Counted from the stretch's first letter, positions 39,243 to 50,200 are shown. The stretch: DNA of 64,000 bases from an uncultured delta proteobacterium (GCA_963826785.1 CAWGYD010000004.1:96001-160000); one strand, 5' to 3'. The notes: generated by a model from the sequence alone, not told the origin. Made by a program: numbers and translations.

Positions 39243-40946
39243 ATGACCAGCCCCTATGATGCCAGGCCATGGGTTTCGGCTTACGACCCGTGGGTTAACC
39301 CGGAGATCGATCTTCCGGAAACGACCTACAAGGACATGCTGGAAGAGGGGCTTTCGGTTGCGCCCGGGCGGCCGGCCATGATTTTTTTCGACCGGCCGAT
39401 CACGTTTGCCAGGCTTGACGAACTGTCCGCCCGGTTTGCCGCATATCTTTGCGCTTCCGGGTGCCGGGCCGGGGACGTGGTGGCCATCAACATGCCCAAT
39501 CTCCCCCAGTACCTGATCGCCTTTGCCGGGGCGGTGCGGGCCGGGTGCGCGGTTTCCGGGGTTTCGTTTCTGCTCACCCCCAAGGAATTGTCCTACCAGC
39601 TGGCCGATGCCGAAGCAAAAGTCCTGGTCACCCTGGACTCCGTGTTCGAGGAAAAGGTAGCGCCGATTGCGGACCATCTGCCGGCATTGAAGGCGGTGGT
39701 GGCAGCCGGGGTGGCCGATTTTCTGCCGCCAATCAAACGGATGCTGGGAAAGCTGTTGAAAAAGATCCCCACCGGCAGGGTTTTTCCCCTGGCCGGAAAG
39801 CAGGTGGTATCCTTTCAGCAGGCAATATCTCATCATCGACCCAAATTGCCGAAAGTAGTTTCTTCCCCGGATGAACCCTGCCTGGTCCAGTACACCGGCG
39901 GGACCACGGGGCGGCCCAAGGGAGCGCTTTTGACCCACCGCAACATTGCCGCCAATGTGCTTCAGGCCCGTCAGTGGATTAATCTCAAGCCGGGCGATCC
40001 GGAGGTGGGGTGCTCGGCATTTCCCTTCTTCCACCTGGCCGGAATGATGCTCGGAATGATGGGGCTCTGCTCGGGCATGACACAGCTGCTGATCCCGGAC
40101 CCGAGGGATACGAAGCTGATCTGCCGGCTGATTTCCAAATACCGGCCCACGATCATGGCCAACGTGCCCTCCCTTTACCAGATGCTCATGGACGAACCGA
40201 AATTTTCAACACTTGATTTCTCTTCCCTTCGCCTGTGCATGTCCGGCGCGGCCCCCTTTTCCGCCGAATCCATCCGCCGGTTCGAGTCCATGGCGGGGGC
40301 GGGCAAGGTGCTGGAAGTCTACGGCATGACCGAGACCAGTCCCCTGCTCACCATGAATCCCCACAGCGGCAGAAAAAAGATCGGTTCCGTGGGTATACCG
40401 GTCCAAAGCACCCGGATCAAACTGGTGGACGTGGATACCGGAAAGTGCGAAGTCCCGGTGGGGTCCGAAGGGGAGCTGATCGCCCGGGGGCCCCAGGTGA
40501 TGGCCGGCTACAAGGGGATGCCCGAAGAGACCGCCCATGCCCTGCGCGAATTTGAAGGGGAAACATGGCTCTACACCGGGGATGTGGCACGGATGGATCC
40601 GGATGGTTATTTCACCATCGTGGATCGGACCAAGGACATGGTCAATGTGGGCGGCTACAAGGTCTTTTCGCGGGAGGTGGAGGAATCCCTCTACCAATTT
40701 CCAGGCGTGGAGTTCTGCGCGGTCATCGGCATCCCCGATCCGAAGCGGCCCGGCTCCGAGCGGGTCAAGGCGGTGATTCAGCCTTCATGGGATATCGATT
40801 CGGCCGATATCGACGCCAGGCGAGAAGAACTCCTTAAATACTGCCGGAAGACCATGGCCCCCTACAAGGTTCCCAAAGCGGTGGAATTCACCCGATCCAT
40901 TCCGCTCACTGCCGTGGGGAAGGTGGACAAGAAGGCGCTTCGTTAG
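39243..40946 (+). CDS. Long-chain fatty acid-CoA ligase
   Basis: QYTGGTTGRPKG, YGMTE, TGD, DRTKD, VGKVDKK; AGGAGG RBS. Confidence 0.93.
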   Translation: MTSPYDARPWVSAYDPWVNPEIDLPETTYKDMLEEGLSVAPGRPAMIFFDRPITFARLDELSARFAAYLCASGCRAGDVVAINMPNLPQYLIAFAGAVRAGCAVSGVSFLLTPKELSYQLADAEAKVLVTLDSVFEEKVAPIADHLPALKAVVAAGVADFLPPIKRMLGKLLKKIPTGRVFPLAGKQVVSFQQAISHHRPKLPKVVSSPDEPCLVQYTGGTTGRPKGALLTHRNIAANVLQARQWINLKPGDPEVGCSAFPFFHLAGMMLGMMGLCSGMTQLLIPDPRDTKLICRLISKYRPTIMANVPSLYQMLMDEPKFSTLDFSSLRLCMSGAAPFSAESIRRFESMAGAGKVLEVYGMTETSPLLTMNPHSGRKKIGSVGIPVQSTRIKLVDVDTGKCEVPVGSEGELIARGPQVMAGYKGMPEETAHALREFEGETWLYTGDVARMDPDGYFTIVDRTKDMVNVGGYKVFSREVEESLYQFPGVEFCAVIGIPDPKRPGSERVKAVIQPSWDIDSADIDARREELLKYCRKTMAPYKVPKAVEFTRSIPLTAVGKVDKKALR

Positions 40947-41848
40947 CTTTTGACCGCCTCCGCCCGATTTTCATCGGGCACGCACACCCGGTTTTTGCCC
41001 CTATCTTTAGCCTGATACAGCGACTGGTCGGCTTTTTGGATCAGGCGGTAGACGGAATCGGCATCTGAGGGGAATTCTGACACCCCGACGCTGATGGTGA
41101 CCTTTCCGCCGGGTTGGGTCTCCCGGTGGGCAAATGGGTATTGCGCCACGGCTGTGCATATCCTTTCCGCCAGCGCCGCCGCTTCTGCCTTTGCGGTTTC
41201 GGGCATCAGGATGACAAATTCCTCTCCACCGTACCGGGCGGCCACATCCGTTTTCCGGGTCAGGCCTTGAAAACAGCGCGCAAGATCCTGCAGCAGCCGG
41301 TCTCCGGGCTGGTGCCCATGGGTGTCGTTATAGTGCTTGAAGTCATCCAGATCGATCATTAAAAAAGACAGGTTCCGCTGATACCGCCGGGCGCGTTCCA
41401 GTTCAAGCTCTATTCGGTCCATGAAAAAATGACGGTTATGCAGGCCGGTCAGTTCATCCGTCACGGCCAGCAAGCGGACCTCTTCATTCAATCGGGTGAT
41501 GATATGAATATAGGTGCCGTGAATCATGCCGAAAAAGCTGCCGACCAGAATGAAAAAGATGGCCATGGGAACATGCTCGAAGGTAAAGGCCCTGGCCAGT
41601 GCCGCAAAAATAGTGCCCGGGGTCAAACTGTAAAAGTCATGGGCGATCATGGACAGGGGATGAAGGATGGCGATGCCGAAAAGGGCGCCGGCCAGCGTAT
41701 GAACGCAAAGACGGCGACCGATGCCGATACGGTTTTCCTGAAACCGTCCGGGCCTGAAAGTTCGTTTGCGATTGCCGTTTTTCACAGACCGGCGGGCCGC
41801 CTGGAATATCGACCGGATGGTCATGACACGTTGCTCCAAAATTTTCAT
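40943..41848 (-). CDS. Membrane-anchored diguanylate cyclase
   Basis: Two TM segments; DELTGLHN, RKTD I-site, RYGGEEF. Confidence 0.9.
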   Translation of the reverse strand: MKILEQRVMTIRSIFQAARRSVKNGNRKRTFRPGRFQENRIGIGRRLCVHTLAGALFGIAILHPLSMIAHDFYSLTPGTIFAALARAFTFEHVPMAIFFILVGSFFGMIHGTYIHIITRLNEEVRLLAVTDELTGLHNRHFFMDRIELELERARRYQRNLSFLMIDLDDFKHYNDTHGHQPGDRLLQDLARCFQGLTRKTDVAARYGGEEFVILMPETAKAEAAALAERICTAVAQYPFAHRETQPGGKVTISVGVSEFPSDADSVYRLIQKADQSLYQAKDRGKNRVCVPDENRAEAVKS

Positions 41849-42048
41849 ATCTGTTCTTGAATCTGACACAAGATAGACATCAATGCATTAATTTCAAAGG
41901 ATACAGGCCTGCTGCCGCCCGTTAAGCGATTGCCCCCGATCATGCTTTGAAACGACTTTGATCAGGCATTATTTTTAATGAAGGCGTAAACAGCTCCCCA
42001 TCCGCCGGGCTGTGGTTTTTTTACATGAAGAAACTTTTTAACCTCGAG

Positions 42049-42112
42049 GGTACACCCCCCTTGAGGGCACACCTTTAATTCCCCCCTCGAGGGGGGACCA
42101 AGGGGGGTGTAC
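42049..42112. repeat. CCCCCC/GGGGGG palindromic repeat cluster
   Basis: TACACCCCCC..TCCCCCCTCGAGGGGGGA..GGGGGGTGTA. Confidence 0.6.
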
Positions 42113-42146
42113 GGCCCGGCAAAAACAAAAAAATAAATTTGTTTTT

Positions 42147-42306
42147 CTGGTTATCCCGAAAAAACCAGTAATCGTTTTTCTCCCCCCTTTTGAAAAGGGG
42201 GGCGGGGGGGATTTCTCCCGGGAGGCGCCAAATCCCCCTAAATCCCCCTTTTCCAAAGGGGGACTTTGAATCCGGAATTCTGACTGGAGTAATTCCGGAT
42301 AACTAG
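42147..42306. mobile_element. 160-bp MITE with 10-bp target-site duplication
   Basis: ATTTGTTTTT at 42137-42146 and 42307-42316; imperfect TIRs CTGGTTATCCCGAA and (reverse complement) CTAGTTATCCGGAA. Confidence 0.7.
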
Positions 42307-42507
42307 ATTTGTTTTTACCGTTTGCCGAGTCAACTTATTTCAGAAGCGCCTGATTCTGTTTGCGCGGCGTTTTTGCAGAAAGGAACTTTTGCAACCTTGC
42401 CGTCAGGACACCCCCCTCTGCCCTACAAGGGGGGAATAAATCAGGAAGCTGCCTCAAACTCTCCTTGGGTGATGCCAGGGGAATTAGCGTATCCGGGAGG
42501 TTTTCTC

Positions 42508-43650
42508 ATGTACTGCATCAGGGCCGATACAGTTTATACGGGCAGGGAAGTGCTCGGAAACCACTATCTGAAGTTTGAGGGCCAGGCCATAAAGGGCATT
42601 TCAGCCCAGGCGGAAGGCGAACTGCTGGGGGAATACGCGGTGGTGACGCCGGCGTTTATCGATGCGCATAATCATATCGGCATGGTCCGCGCCGGGGAAC
42701 CCAATGCGGAGGGTGAATCCAATGACCGTCAGGATCCGGTCCTGGTGCTGGCGGATGCCCTCGACTCGCTGCAGATGGATGACGCGGCTTTAAAGGATGC
42801 CGTGGAGATGGGGGTGCTCTATTCCTGCATCGTCCCCGGCAGCGGCAACATCATCGGCGGCCGCTCCGCGGTAATCCGCAACTATGCATCCCACAGCAGC
42901 GCCGCCTTTATGGGGCGGGCCGGCATGAAGGCGGCGCTCGGGTACAACCCCATGTCCACTACCGAGTGGAAGGGCAGCCGGCCCACCACCCGCATGGGCA
43001 CCATCGCCATTTTGCGCAATCGACTCGAGGCGGTGCACCGAAAAGAAAAGCAGTTTGCGGCGGCCGATGATGAGGAAAGAAAGAAGATGGTGTTTACGGC
43101 CGAAGAAGAGGCCCTGGGTAAAATCCTGTCCGGGAAGACCGTTTTGAGAACCCATGTCCATAAGATCGATGATATCGCGGTGCTGCTTCGCCTGGTGGAC
43201 AGATATGGAATCCGGGTCACCGTTGATCATGCCATGGGGGTCAATGATCCCGGGATTTTCCGGGAGTTGAAAGCGCGCGATATTCCGGTGATTTACGGCC
43301 CCATCGACGCATTTGCCTACAAGGTGGAGCTCAAGCATGAAAACTGGCGCAACATCGCCCATCTTCTGGAATCGGGGGTCGAGTTCGGGCTGATGTCCGA
43401 CCACCCGGTGACGCCATCGCGCCAGATTCTGCTTCAGACCCGCTGGTTTATGCGCCTCGGGTATTCACGGCAGCAGGCCATCGAGCTGATTACCCGCAAA
43501 AATGCCCGTATTTTAACCATTGAGGATCGGGTGGGCACCCTGGAGACGGGAAAATGGGCCTCTTTTATCTGCTGGAACGGCGACCCCTTTGATCTGTCCT
43601 GCTATCCCGTACAAGTTTACGGGGAGGGAAAGCTGCTGTATCAGGCGTAA
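42508..43650 (+). CDS. Amidohydrolase family protein
   Basis: PAFIDAHNHIG, HVHKIDD, SDHP, GTLETGKWA; GGGAGG RBS. Confidence 0.9.
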   Translation: MYCIRADTVYTGREVLGNHYLKFEGQAIKGISAQAEGELLGEYAVVTPAFIDAHNHIGMVRAGEPNAEGESNDRQDPVLVLADALDSLQMDDAALKDAVEMGVLYSCIVPGSGNIIGGRSAVIRNYASHSSAAFMGRAGMKAALGYNPMSTTEWKGSRPTTRMGTIAILRNRLEAVHRKEKQFAAADDEERKKMVFTAEEEALGKILSGKTVLRTHVHKIDDIAVLLRLVDRYGIRVTVDHAMGVNDPGIFRELKARDIPVIYGPIDAFAYKVELKHENWRNIAHLLESGVEFGLMSDHPVTPSRQILLQTRWFMRLGYSRQQAIELITRKNARILTIEDRVGTLETGKWASFICWNGDPFDLSCYPVQVYGEGKLLYQA

Positions 43651-43728
43651 AAATCAATTTGATCCACATTCGCGGCGTTTTTGAAGAAAGAAACTTTCAA
43701 ATCGTAACGAAACGACCGCCGCCGCCGG

Positions 43729-43938
43729 TACACCCCCCTTCGCCCCCCTCAAGGGGGGGCATTGAATTCGATCAATTCCCCCCTCAAGGGGGGACTTCTT
43801 TTTCTATCCCCCCTGCCGAGGGGAGACTCCATTTCTTATTCCCTCCTACCGAGGAAAGACTCTATTTTCTATTCCCACCTGCCGAGGGGAGACTTCTTTT
43901 TTTATTCCCCCCTGCGAGGGGGGATCAAGGGGGGTGTT
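43729..43938. repeat. Palindromic repeat expanded into an approximately 33-bp tandem array
   Basis: Units like CCCCCTGCCGAGGGGAGACT-(pyrimidine tract)-TATT repeated 3-5 times between ACACCCCC and GGGGGGTGT ends. Confidence 0.75.
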
Positions 43939-44106
43939 GGACCTGCGGATAACAAAAAATGAAGTCACTTAAATTAACCGGTTCGCCAAATCAAGTTCCT
44001 TAAAAGCCCAATTCCACCATACATCCAGCTATATATCCAGGCGGCAAAGAGGAGGGGACGGCGATGCGGCCACGAAGACAGGCTTGAATGCGATATGGAT
44101 ATGGAA

Positions 44107-45093
44107 TCAATAGTCGAAAGGCGGATGGATCGGGGCGAAGTGGTATCTCTGTTCGAAAATGGAGGCCACCGGCGCCAGATGCCTGCTGAGAGAAGGAATT
44201 TTCAGATCGTTTTTCTTTGATCCGGGCGTGAGAAGTTCGTCCGGTGCGGCGATTTCATTTGCACTGCTGGGTGTAAAATCGACCATATCGGTATCCACGC
44301 TGCCGATGAACAGATCACTGGAGATCTTCAAAATTTCCCGGTCGCTCCCCGAAGAAATATAGATTCGGGCCTGTTTGAGCTTCTTCTTTTTGGAACCCGT
44401 ATCCATCAGGTTCTTTACGGAAGGGGAGATGACGATCGCCTCCCGGGATCTGCCGTCGACGGTGATGGTCGTCTTCTCCACGGCGGTCAGTTCGATCAGA
44501 TAGCGGCTCTTGCCGTTAAAGGTGTCAAACTGCCGGGTCTCCCCGACTTTCCAGTCCATGGACAGGGCCAGAAAGGCTGCGGAATAGGGGTCAACGGTGA
44601 AATTGTCCGATTCGAATTCGATGGATTTTACTCTCCCTTTGTGGTCCTTGCGCACCGATTGAATCATCCCGTCCGGCCGGAAGGTCACCTCGGTTTCCTT
44701 TTTCCGTGAATTTTCCCTGGAGTGGTAGACGGAATGCTTTGGAAGCAGGGTTTCAGCTGAAATGACGGCTTCGGTGCTGTACCGGAGTTTGTAAAAAAAA
44801 TCGATGAACTTGACGGTCTGAGCGCTGGCCTTGATTTCGTAATCGGCTCCGTTTCTGATCAGTTCCAGTACCACGCTTCCGGCCGGAATACCGTTCCACG
44901 AAACCCTGTAATCGTATTTGCCCATTTTAGGAGCGAATTTCGAAATATCCGGAGTATATACCGGTGTGGTGATCTTGACCTGGTCGATGGGGATATCTTC
45001 TGCCCAGCCGAGGGTTCCGGCAAGAAAAATAACCACCAGAACGGCCGCCAGCTTAAAAACCGTATTTATTTTTCCATTGATTGCAGTTTTCAT
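44107..45093 (-). CDS. Exported DUF3108-type protein
   Basis: Signal peptide; Y.VSWNGIPAG, DPYSA, FNGKSRY beta-rich pattern. Confidence 0.72.
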   Translation of the reverse strand: MKTAINGKINTVFKLAAVLVVIFLAGTLGWAEDIPIDQVKITTPVYTPDISKFAPKMGKYDYRVSWNGIPAGSVVLELIRNGADYEIKASAQTVKFIDFFYKLRYSTEAVISAETLLPKHSVYHSRENSRKKETEVTFRPDGMIQSVRKDHKGRVKSIEFESDNFTVDPYSAAFLALSMDWKVGETRQFDTFNGKSRYLIELTAVEKTTITVDGRSREAIVISPSVKNLMDTGSKKKKLKQARIYISSGSDREILKISSDLFIGSVDTDMVDFTPSSANEIAAPDELLTPGSKKNDLKIPSLSRHLAPVASIFEQRYHFAPIHPPFDY

Positions 45094-45403
45094 TTCGAAA
45101 TCTGACCTCTTGGTTTAAAATATTCCTTTTTCACATGCCGCGCAGGGGGAAATTGGCCCCGTTACCGGCGCATTTAGTTGGAAAATAGGAATATTAAGCA
45201 ACTTGTCAAGATCATATCATGTGTTTCGCCCCACACCATCCGCGCCGCGCATTTGATCTTGAAATTATTACCTAAACCATTATGTTACCCTCTTATCATG
45301 AGAAATCAAGAAAATTTACAGACGTGTGGCCGCGAAACCGTCTTCCCGTTGATTGCAGGAAAAGATGGGGGAAAGGTCTTACCGTTTAGCAGGAGAACGT
45401 ATT

Positions 45404-45829
45404 ATGGCAGATGAAACAAGTGATTTCTGGCAGCATCATTCAGACGAGTACTTGAAGATGGCCTTTCGCGCGGATCGATCCGAAATCCTGGAGAATCCGG
45501 ATGGCTACGGTAAAAATACCGGTGATTGCGGGGACACGGTGGAGATTTATTTGACCGTCGAAGAAGACCATGTCCGGTGGGTCAATTACATGACCCAGGG
45601 GTGCATCAACACCCGGGCGTGCGCCGGAACGGTGTCGCTGCTGGCCGAAGGCATAAGCGTGCCCGAAGCCTGGGAGATTAAGCCGGAGGATGTCATTTCC
45701 TATCTTAAAACCCTGCCCGAAGCATCCGAACACTGCGCCGAATTGGCCGTTGGCGCGCTCTATCGGGCACTGGCGCAGTATCGCACCCACCTTCGGGATC
45801 CCTGGAAGAAGGTTTACCGGAAAAGATAG
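45404..45829 (+). CDS. NifU/IscU-like Fe-S scaffold
   Basis: CGDT, GC...AC, HCAELA. Confidence 0.88.
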   Translation: MADETSDFWQHHSDEYLKMAFRADRSEILENPDGYGKNTGDCGDTVEIYLTVEEDHVRWVNYMTQGCINTRACAGTVSLLAEGISVPEAWEIKPEDVISYLKTLPEASEHCAELAVGALYRALAQYRTHLRDPWKKVYRKR

Positions 45830-45881
45830 ATCGGATCTCTTTTTCTATTACATTTCAAATAGTGATCAGGATACCGCCTTC

Positions 45882-46802
45882 ATGCACATTTTAAAGCCCC
45901 TGCCCGCAATTGCCGCCATTTACGGCATGTGGATGTTTGCATCACTTGTGGTCTATGGCCTGGGCGGATTGATTCCGGACGCAGCATTTCATCCCCTGGC
46001 CATTCCATTGATCACCCTGATTTATGTGCTGCTGGGATTTTATCTGACCGTATATTTTCTCATCCATGCCGAAAGCGCCTTTCATAAAAAGGACGCACTT
46101 CGAACCGGGTACATCATCGGGACAGCCGCCGTCGGGGTGCTGATTTACGGTGCGGCCCGGATATACCACATCTCCGGTCCCCTGATGCAGATGCTCAACA
46201 CGGCCAATCTGCTGGTACTGGCCAATCTGGTGGGTGCCTGGATCATTACACCGGTTTTGCGCATGGCCGAGCTTTCCATGCTGTGCGTGGTGGCGGCGCT
46301 GGCGGACCTGTTCAGCTTTCTGCGGGGACCCACGCGGGCAATCGCTGAAAGCATTCATACCTACTACTCCGGGGGCCTCCAAGGCCCACCGCCGGCCGGC
46401 GATTTTCTGCTCATCAAGGTCGCCGTTCCGGGAATGTATTATCTCAAGCCGATTTTCGGCGTATCCGACTGGATCATCATGGCCTTTTTATCGGCTGCGG
46501 CCGTCCGCTTCTGCATCGACGACAACCTGGCCGGAAAAAGCCTTCCGGCCATGGTTCGGGAAAAACGAATTTCATTGTATTTTCCCGTCCCGGGAGCGGC
46601 ACTGGTCATCGCCGTTTTGCTTGCCTACCGCTTCAATATCTTCATCCCCGTGCTCCCGATGGTGGCTGCAGTATTCATATCCTACCTCCTGCTGGGCTAT
46701 CCCGCCGCCAGACAGTTCACCCGTCGGGACTGGATTCTTCTGGCGGGGTTCTCTTTGGGAATGCTGGTGCTCTTGAGCGTCGGGGTAATGCTGGCCACCT
46801 GA
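45882..46802 (+). CDS. Polytopic membrane protein, candidate SPP/presenilin-like aspartyl protease
   Basis: LADLFS, IFGVSD and IPVLP in the order of the YD, GxGD and PAL motifs. Confidence 0.55.
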   Translation: MHILKPLPAIAAIYGMWMFASLVVYGLGGLIPDAAFHPLAIPLITLIYVLLGFYLTVYFLIHAESAFHKKDALRTGYIIGTAAVGVLIYGAARIYHISGPLMQMLNTANLLVLANLVGAWIITPVLRMAELSMLCVVAALADLFSFLRGPTRAIAESIHTYYSGGLQGPPPAGDFLLIKVAVPGMYYLKPIFGVSDWIIMAFLSAAAVRFCIDDNLAGKSLPAMVREKRISLYFPVPGAALVIAVLLAYRFNIFIPVLPMVAAVFISYLLLGYPAARQFTRRDWILLAGFSLGMLVLLSVGVMLAT

Positions 46803-46858
46803 TCCGAAACCCGGCCTTCTATCACCCGAAACCTTGCCCTCTTGCATAGATTTGTTTT

Positions 46859-47032
46859 TCAGGAAATTTCGGCGATGCAGTCCCTCGCAGCCATGCCGCT
46901 TTTCCGGGCAACATCCCGATAGCAGGAGTGCCGCTCCCCGGATCGGCTGTCACATCTGTCCAACCGCTCCATCACCTTACTATATTCTCTATGGCAACAT
47001 CGTTTGGCTTTCTCTCTGAATTCAGAATCCAT
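46859..47032 (-). CDS. Small Cys-rich protein, 57 aa (below ORF-track cutoff)
   Basis: GGAGGTGA RBS; MDSEFREKAKRCCHREYSKVMERLDRCDSRSGERHSCYRDVARKSGMAARDCIAEIS. Confidence 0.7.
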   Translation of the reverse strand: MDSEFREKAKRCCHREYSKVMERLDRCDSRSGERHSCYRDVARKSGMAARDCIAEIS

Positions 47033-47257
47033 AGGATCACCTCCATTCTGCTTTTTAAGGAAAAGTATAAAAAACCATCAGGTCCATTGCTTCCTGTTTA
47101 TCTCCAAATTAAGCATGGATATATGAAAGCAAATGGGGGCAATTCGGTAAATTTTCTCCCGCGCGGAGGGGGCCTGTCCGTTGCATGAAACTTCGCTGCG
47201 AACGACACAGCCATTTCTGCAACCTGTTTTAAATGCTCCTTGATGGGCTGCGGCCGA

Positions 47258-50200
47258 GTTTCAATCCTTGTTCTTATGGATAGTTCCCGTCAATGCTATA
47301 CGGCGCTTCATCCTGGCGCCGGTAAGCTAGGGTTTCAATCCTTGTTCTTATGGATAGTTCCCGTCAATGATCGGCTATGCCGCCGTGTATATCGGTCGAA
47401 AATAGTTTCAATCCTTGTTCTTATGGATAGTTCCCGTCAATTGGCGCGACCTGCGGCCGCGGTCGATCTGCGGCTACAGTTTCAATCCTTGTTCTTATGG
47501 ATAGTTCCCGTCAATCCACTAGAGCCGACGGCCACCCGGACCGCCTGGTGTCGTTTCAATCCTTGTTCTTATGGATAGTTCCCGTCAATATGGCCAACTT
47601 CATCATCAAGCGGCGACTGGATGTGGTTTCAATCCTTGTTCTTATGGATAGTTCCCGTCAATAACCGGGCCGTCGATTTAATCGAACGAATACCTGCTGT
47701 TTCAATCCTTGTTCTTATGGATAGTTCCCGTCAATAAGTGCCCTGGAAGATCATGTGGTGGAATCCAATTGAGGTTTCAATCCTTGTTCTTATGGATAGT
47801 TCCCGTCAATAAGGATGCGATTTCTGACGGCCCACTCGGTGCCGTTCAATCTGTTCTTATGGATAGTTCCCCCCCCGATGGGTTTCAATCCTTGTTCTTA
47901 TGGATAGTTCCCGTCAATCTGCCTGCGGCTCGGGCTGCCGCGAGCTCTGATTTCAATCCTTGTTCTTATGGATAGTTCCCGTCAATGGCCGTGGAGCTGT
48001 TCGAACGCGATGTTTCAATCCTTGTTCTTATGGATAGTTCCCGTCAATGATCGGCTATGCTGCCGTGTACATGGTCGAAAATAGTTTCAATCCTTGTTCT
48101 TATGGATAGTTCCCGTCAATATGGCTCCACCTCCGGCCGGGTCATCTGCCGCTCCAGTTTCAATCCTTGTTCTTATGGATAGTTCCCGTCAATCGGATCG
48201 GCGGCCGCCCAGGAATGGCTGTTCTTTCAGTTTCAATCCTTGTTCTTATGGATAGTTCCCGTCAATGTCTTCCCGCTGCAGGTTTTCGATGGTCATCAGA
48301 TGTTTCAATCCTTGTTCTTATGGATAGTTCCCGTCAATAATACGCGGTCGAATACGCGGCCCCGAACCTGGCGTTTCAATCCTTGTTCTTATGGATAGTT
48401 CCCGTCAATATAAAATCTGGGCGGACATTTTTACCAGTTCGTCAGAGTTTCAATCCTTGTTCTTATGGATAGTTCCCGTCAATCCGGGAGTCACCCGTAC
48501 TGCAGATATTGACTGTTCCCGTTTCAATCCTTGTTCTTATGGATAGTTCCCGTCAATATGTCCAGAGTCCCAAAAGGGGCACTATCTGGATTGGGTTTCA
48601 ATCCTTGTTCTTATGGATAGTTCCCGTCAATCCGATCTGATGGCGGCTTACGGTGAACTGGTCATGGCGTTTCAATCCTTGTTCTTATGGATAGTTCCCG
48701 TCAATACGGCATGAACGCATCATACCATTATGCTGATGACAGTTTCAATCCTTGTTCTTATGGATAGTTCCCGTCAATTTTAATGCGCCTTTGGTTTTGA
48801 GTGCGCTTAAAAATGGTTTCAATCCTTGTTCTTATGGATAGTTCCCGTCAATTGTGGCAACCGGCTTGTGGCAGGCGTGGCAATTTATGTTTCAATCCTT
48901 GTTCTTATGGATAGTTCCCGTCAATTCGCATTGTCAAGCTGTGGGACAATCTCAGTACAGTTTCAATCCTTGTTCTTATGGATAGTTCCCGTCAATTTTT
49001 AACTTACTGATTATTGTTGTGTATTCAAAGGTTTCAATCCTTGTTCTTATGGATAGTTCCCGTCAATTGAATTTAACCGCTACATCGGCCCGCACCCGAT
49101 CCGGTTTCAATCCTTGTTCTTATGGATAGTTCCCGTCAATCTGGATGCCGGGGTGCTCTATTTCTTTTGTAAAATGTTTCAATCCTTGTTCTTATGGATA
49201 GTTCCCGTCAATGTGGCTCTGTGGCGATCTGACGCGGCCTTAAATTGGTTTCAATCCTTGTTCTTATGGATAGTTCCCGTCAATATGACACCCGCGGCAT
49301 CCTGCGTGCCGTCCACTGCGTGTTTCAATCCTTGTTCTTATGGATAGTTCCCGTCAATTTGCCGGTGGTTTGGCGCAGGCTGACGGTGGTGGAGTTTCAA
49401 TCCTTGTTCTTATGGATAGTTCCCGTCAATACCGTGGAGCCGGTAGGGGTCATTGGTGAGTGCCGGTTTCAATCCTTGTTCTTATGGATAGTTCCCGTCA
49501 ATCCGGTTTCAACCACAAGGAGGCGATATGCCAATTGATGTTTCAATCCTTGTTCTTATGGATAGTTCCCGTCAATTTCAATCCACTACTCGCTGTTTTC
49601 GCCACCGTTTGGTTTCAATCCTTGTTCTTATGGATAGTTCCCGTCAATGCGTGATGTTTCCGAACGATCCACCTGTTTTTCAATTGTTTCAATCCTTGTT
49701 CTTATGGATAGTTCCCGTCAATTCGAAGGTCTTCGTCTCCACAGGGCCGTACCCGGAGTTTCAATCCTTGTTCTTATGGATAGTTCCCGTCAATAAAAAC
49801 TCCAGATCGTGTGCATATTCCGCGATTGGTGTTTCAATCCTTGTTCTTATGGATAGTTCCCGTCAATACGGATTACGTTTACATTGACGAGTTGCAGAAA
49901 TGTTTCAATCCTTGTTCTTATGGATAGTTCCCGTCAATACCGATTTACCAGTATCAGCCGCATCCAGAACAACAGTTTCAATCCTTGTTCTTATGGATAG
50001 TTCCCGTCAATCCCATGTCCCGCCCATGCTCTCCCAAAACACCCCGGGTTTCAATCCTTGTTCTTATGGATAGTTCCCGTCAATGGTATATTCAATACCG
50101 CCAGCGGGGGCCACCACGCGTTTCAATCCTTGTTCTTATGGATAGTTCCCGTCAATCGGCCTCAACATCAAAATCGACGTCACCAAACTGGACAAGTTTC

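Noticed and set aside
42038..43962. Pro/Gly-rich ORFs around the amidohydrolase, including its N-terminal extension
   Set aside because: Translations of C/G palindromic repeats
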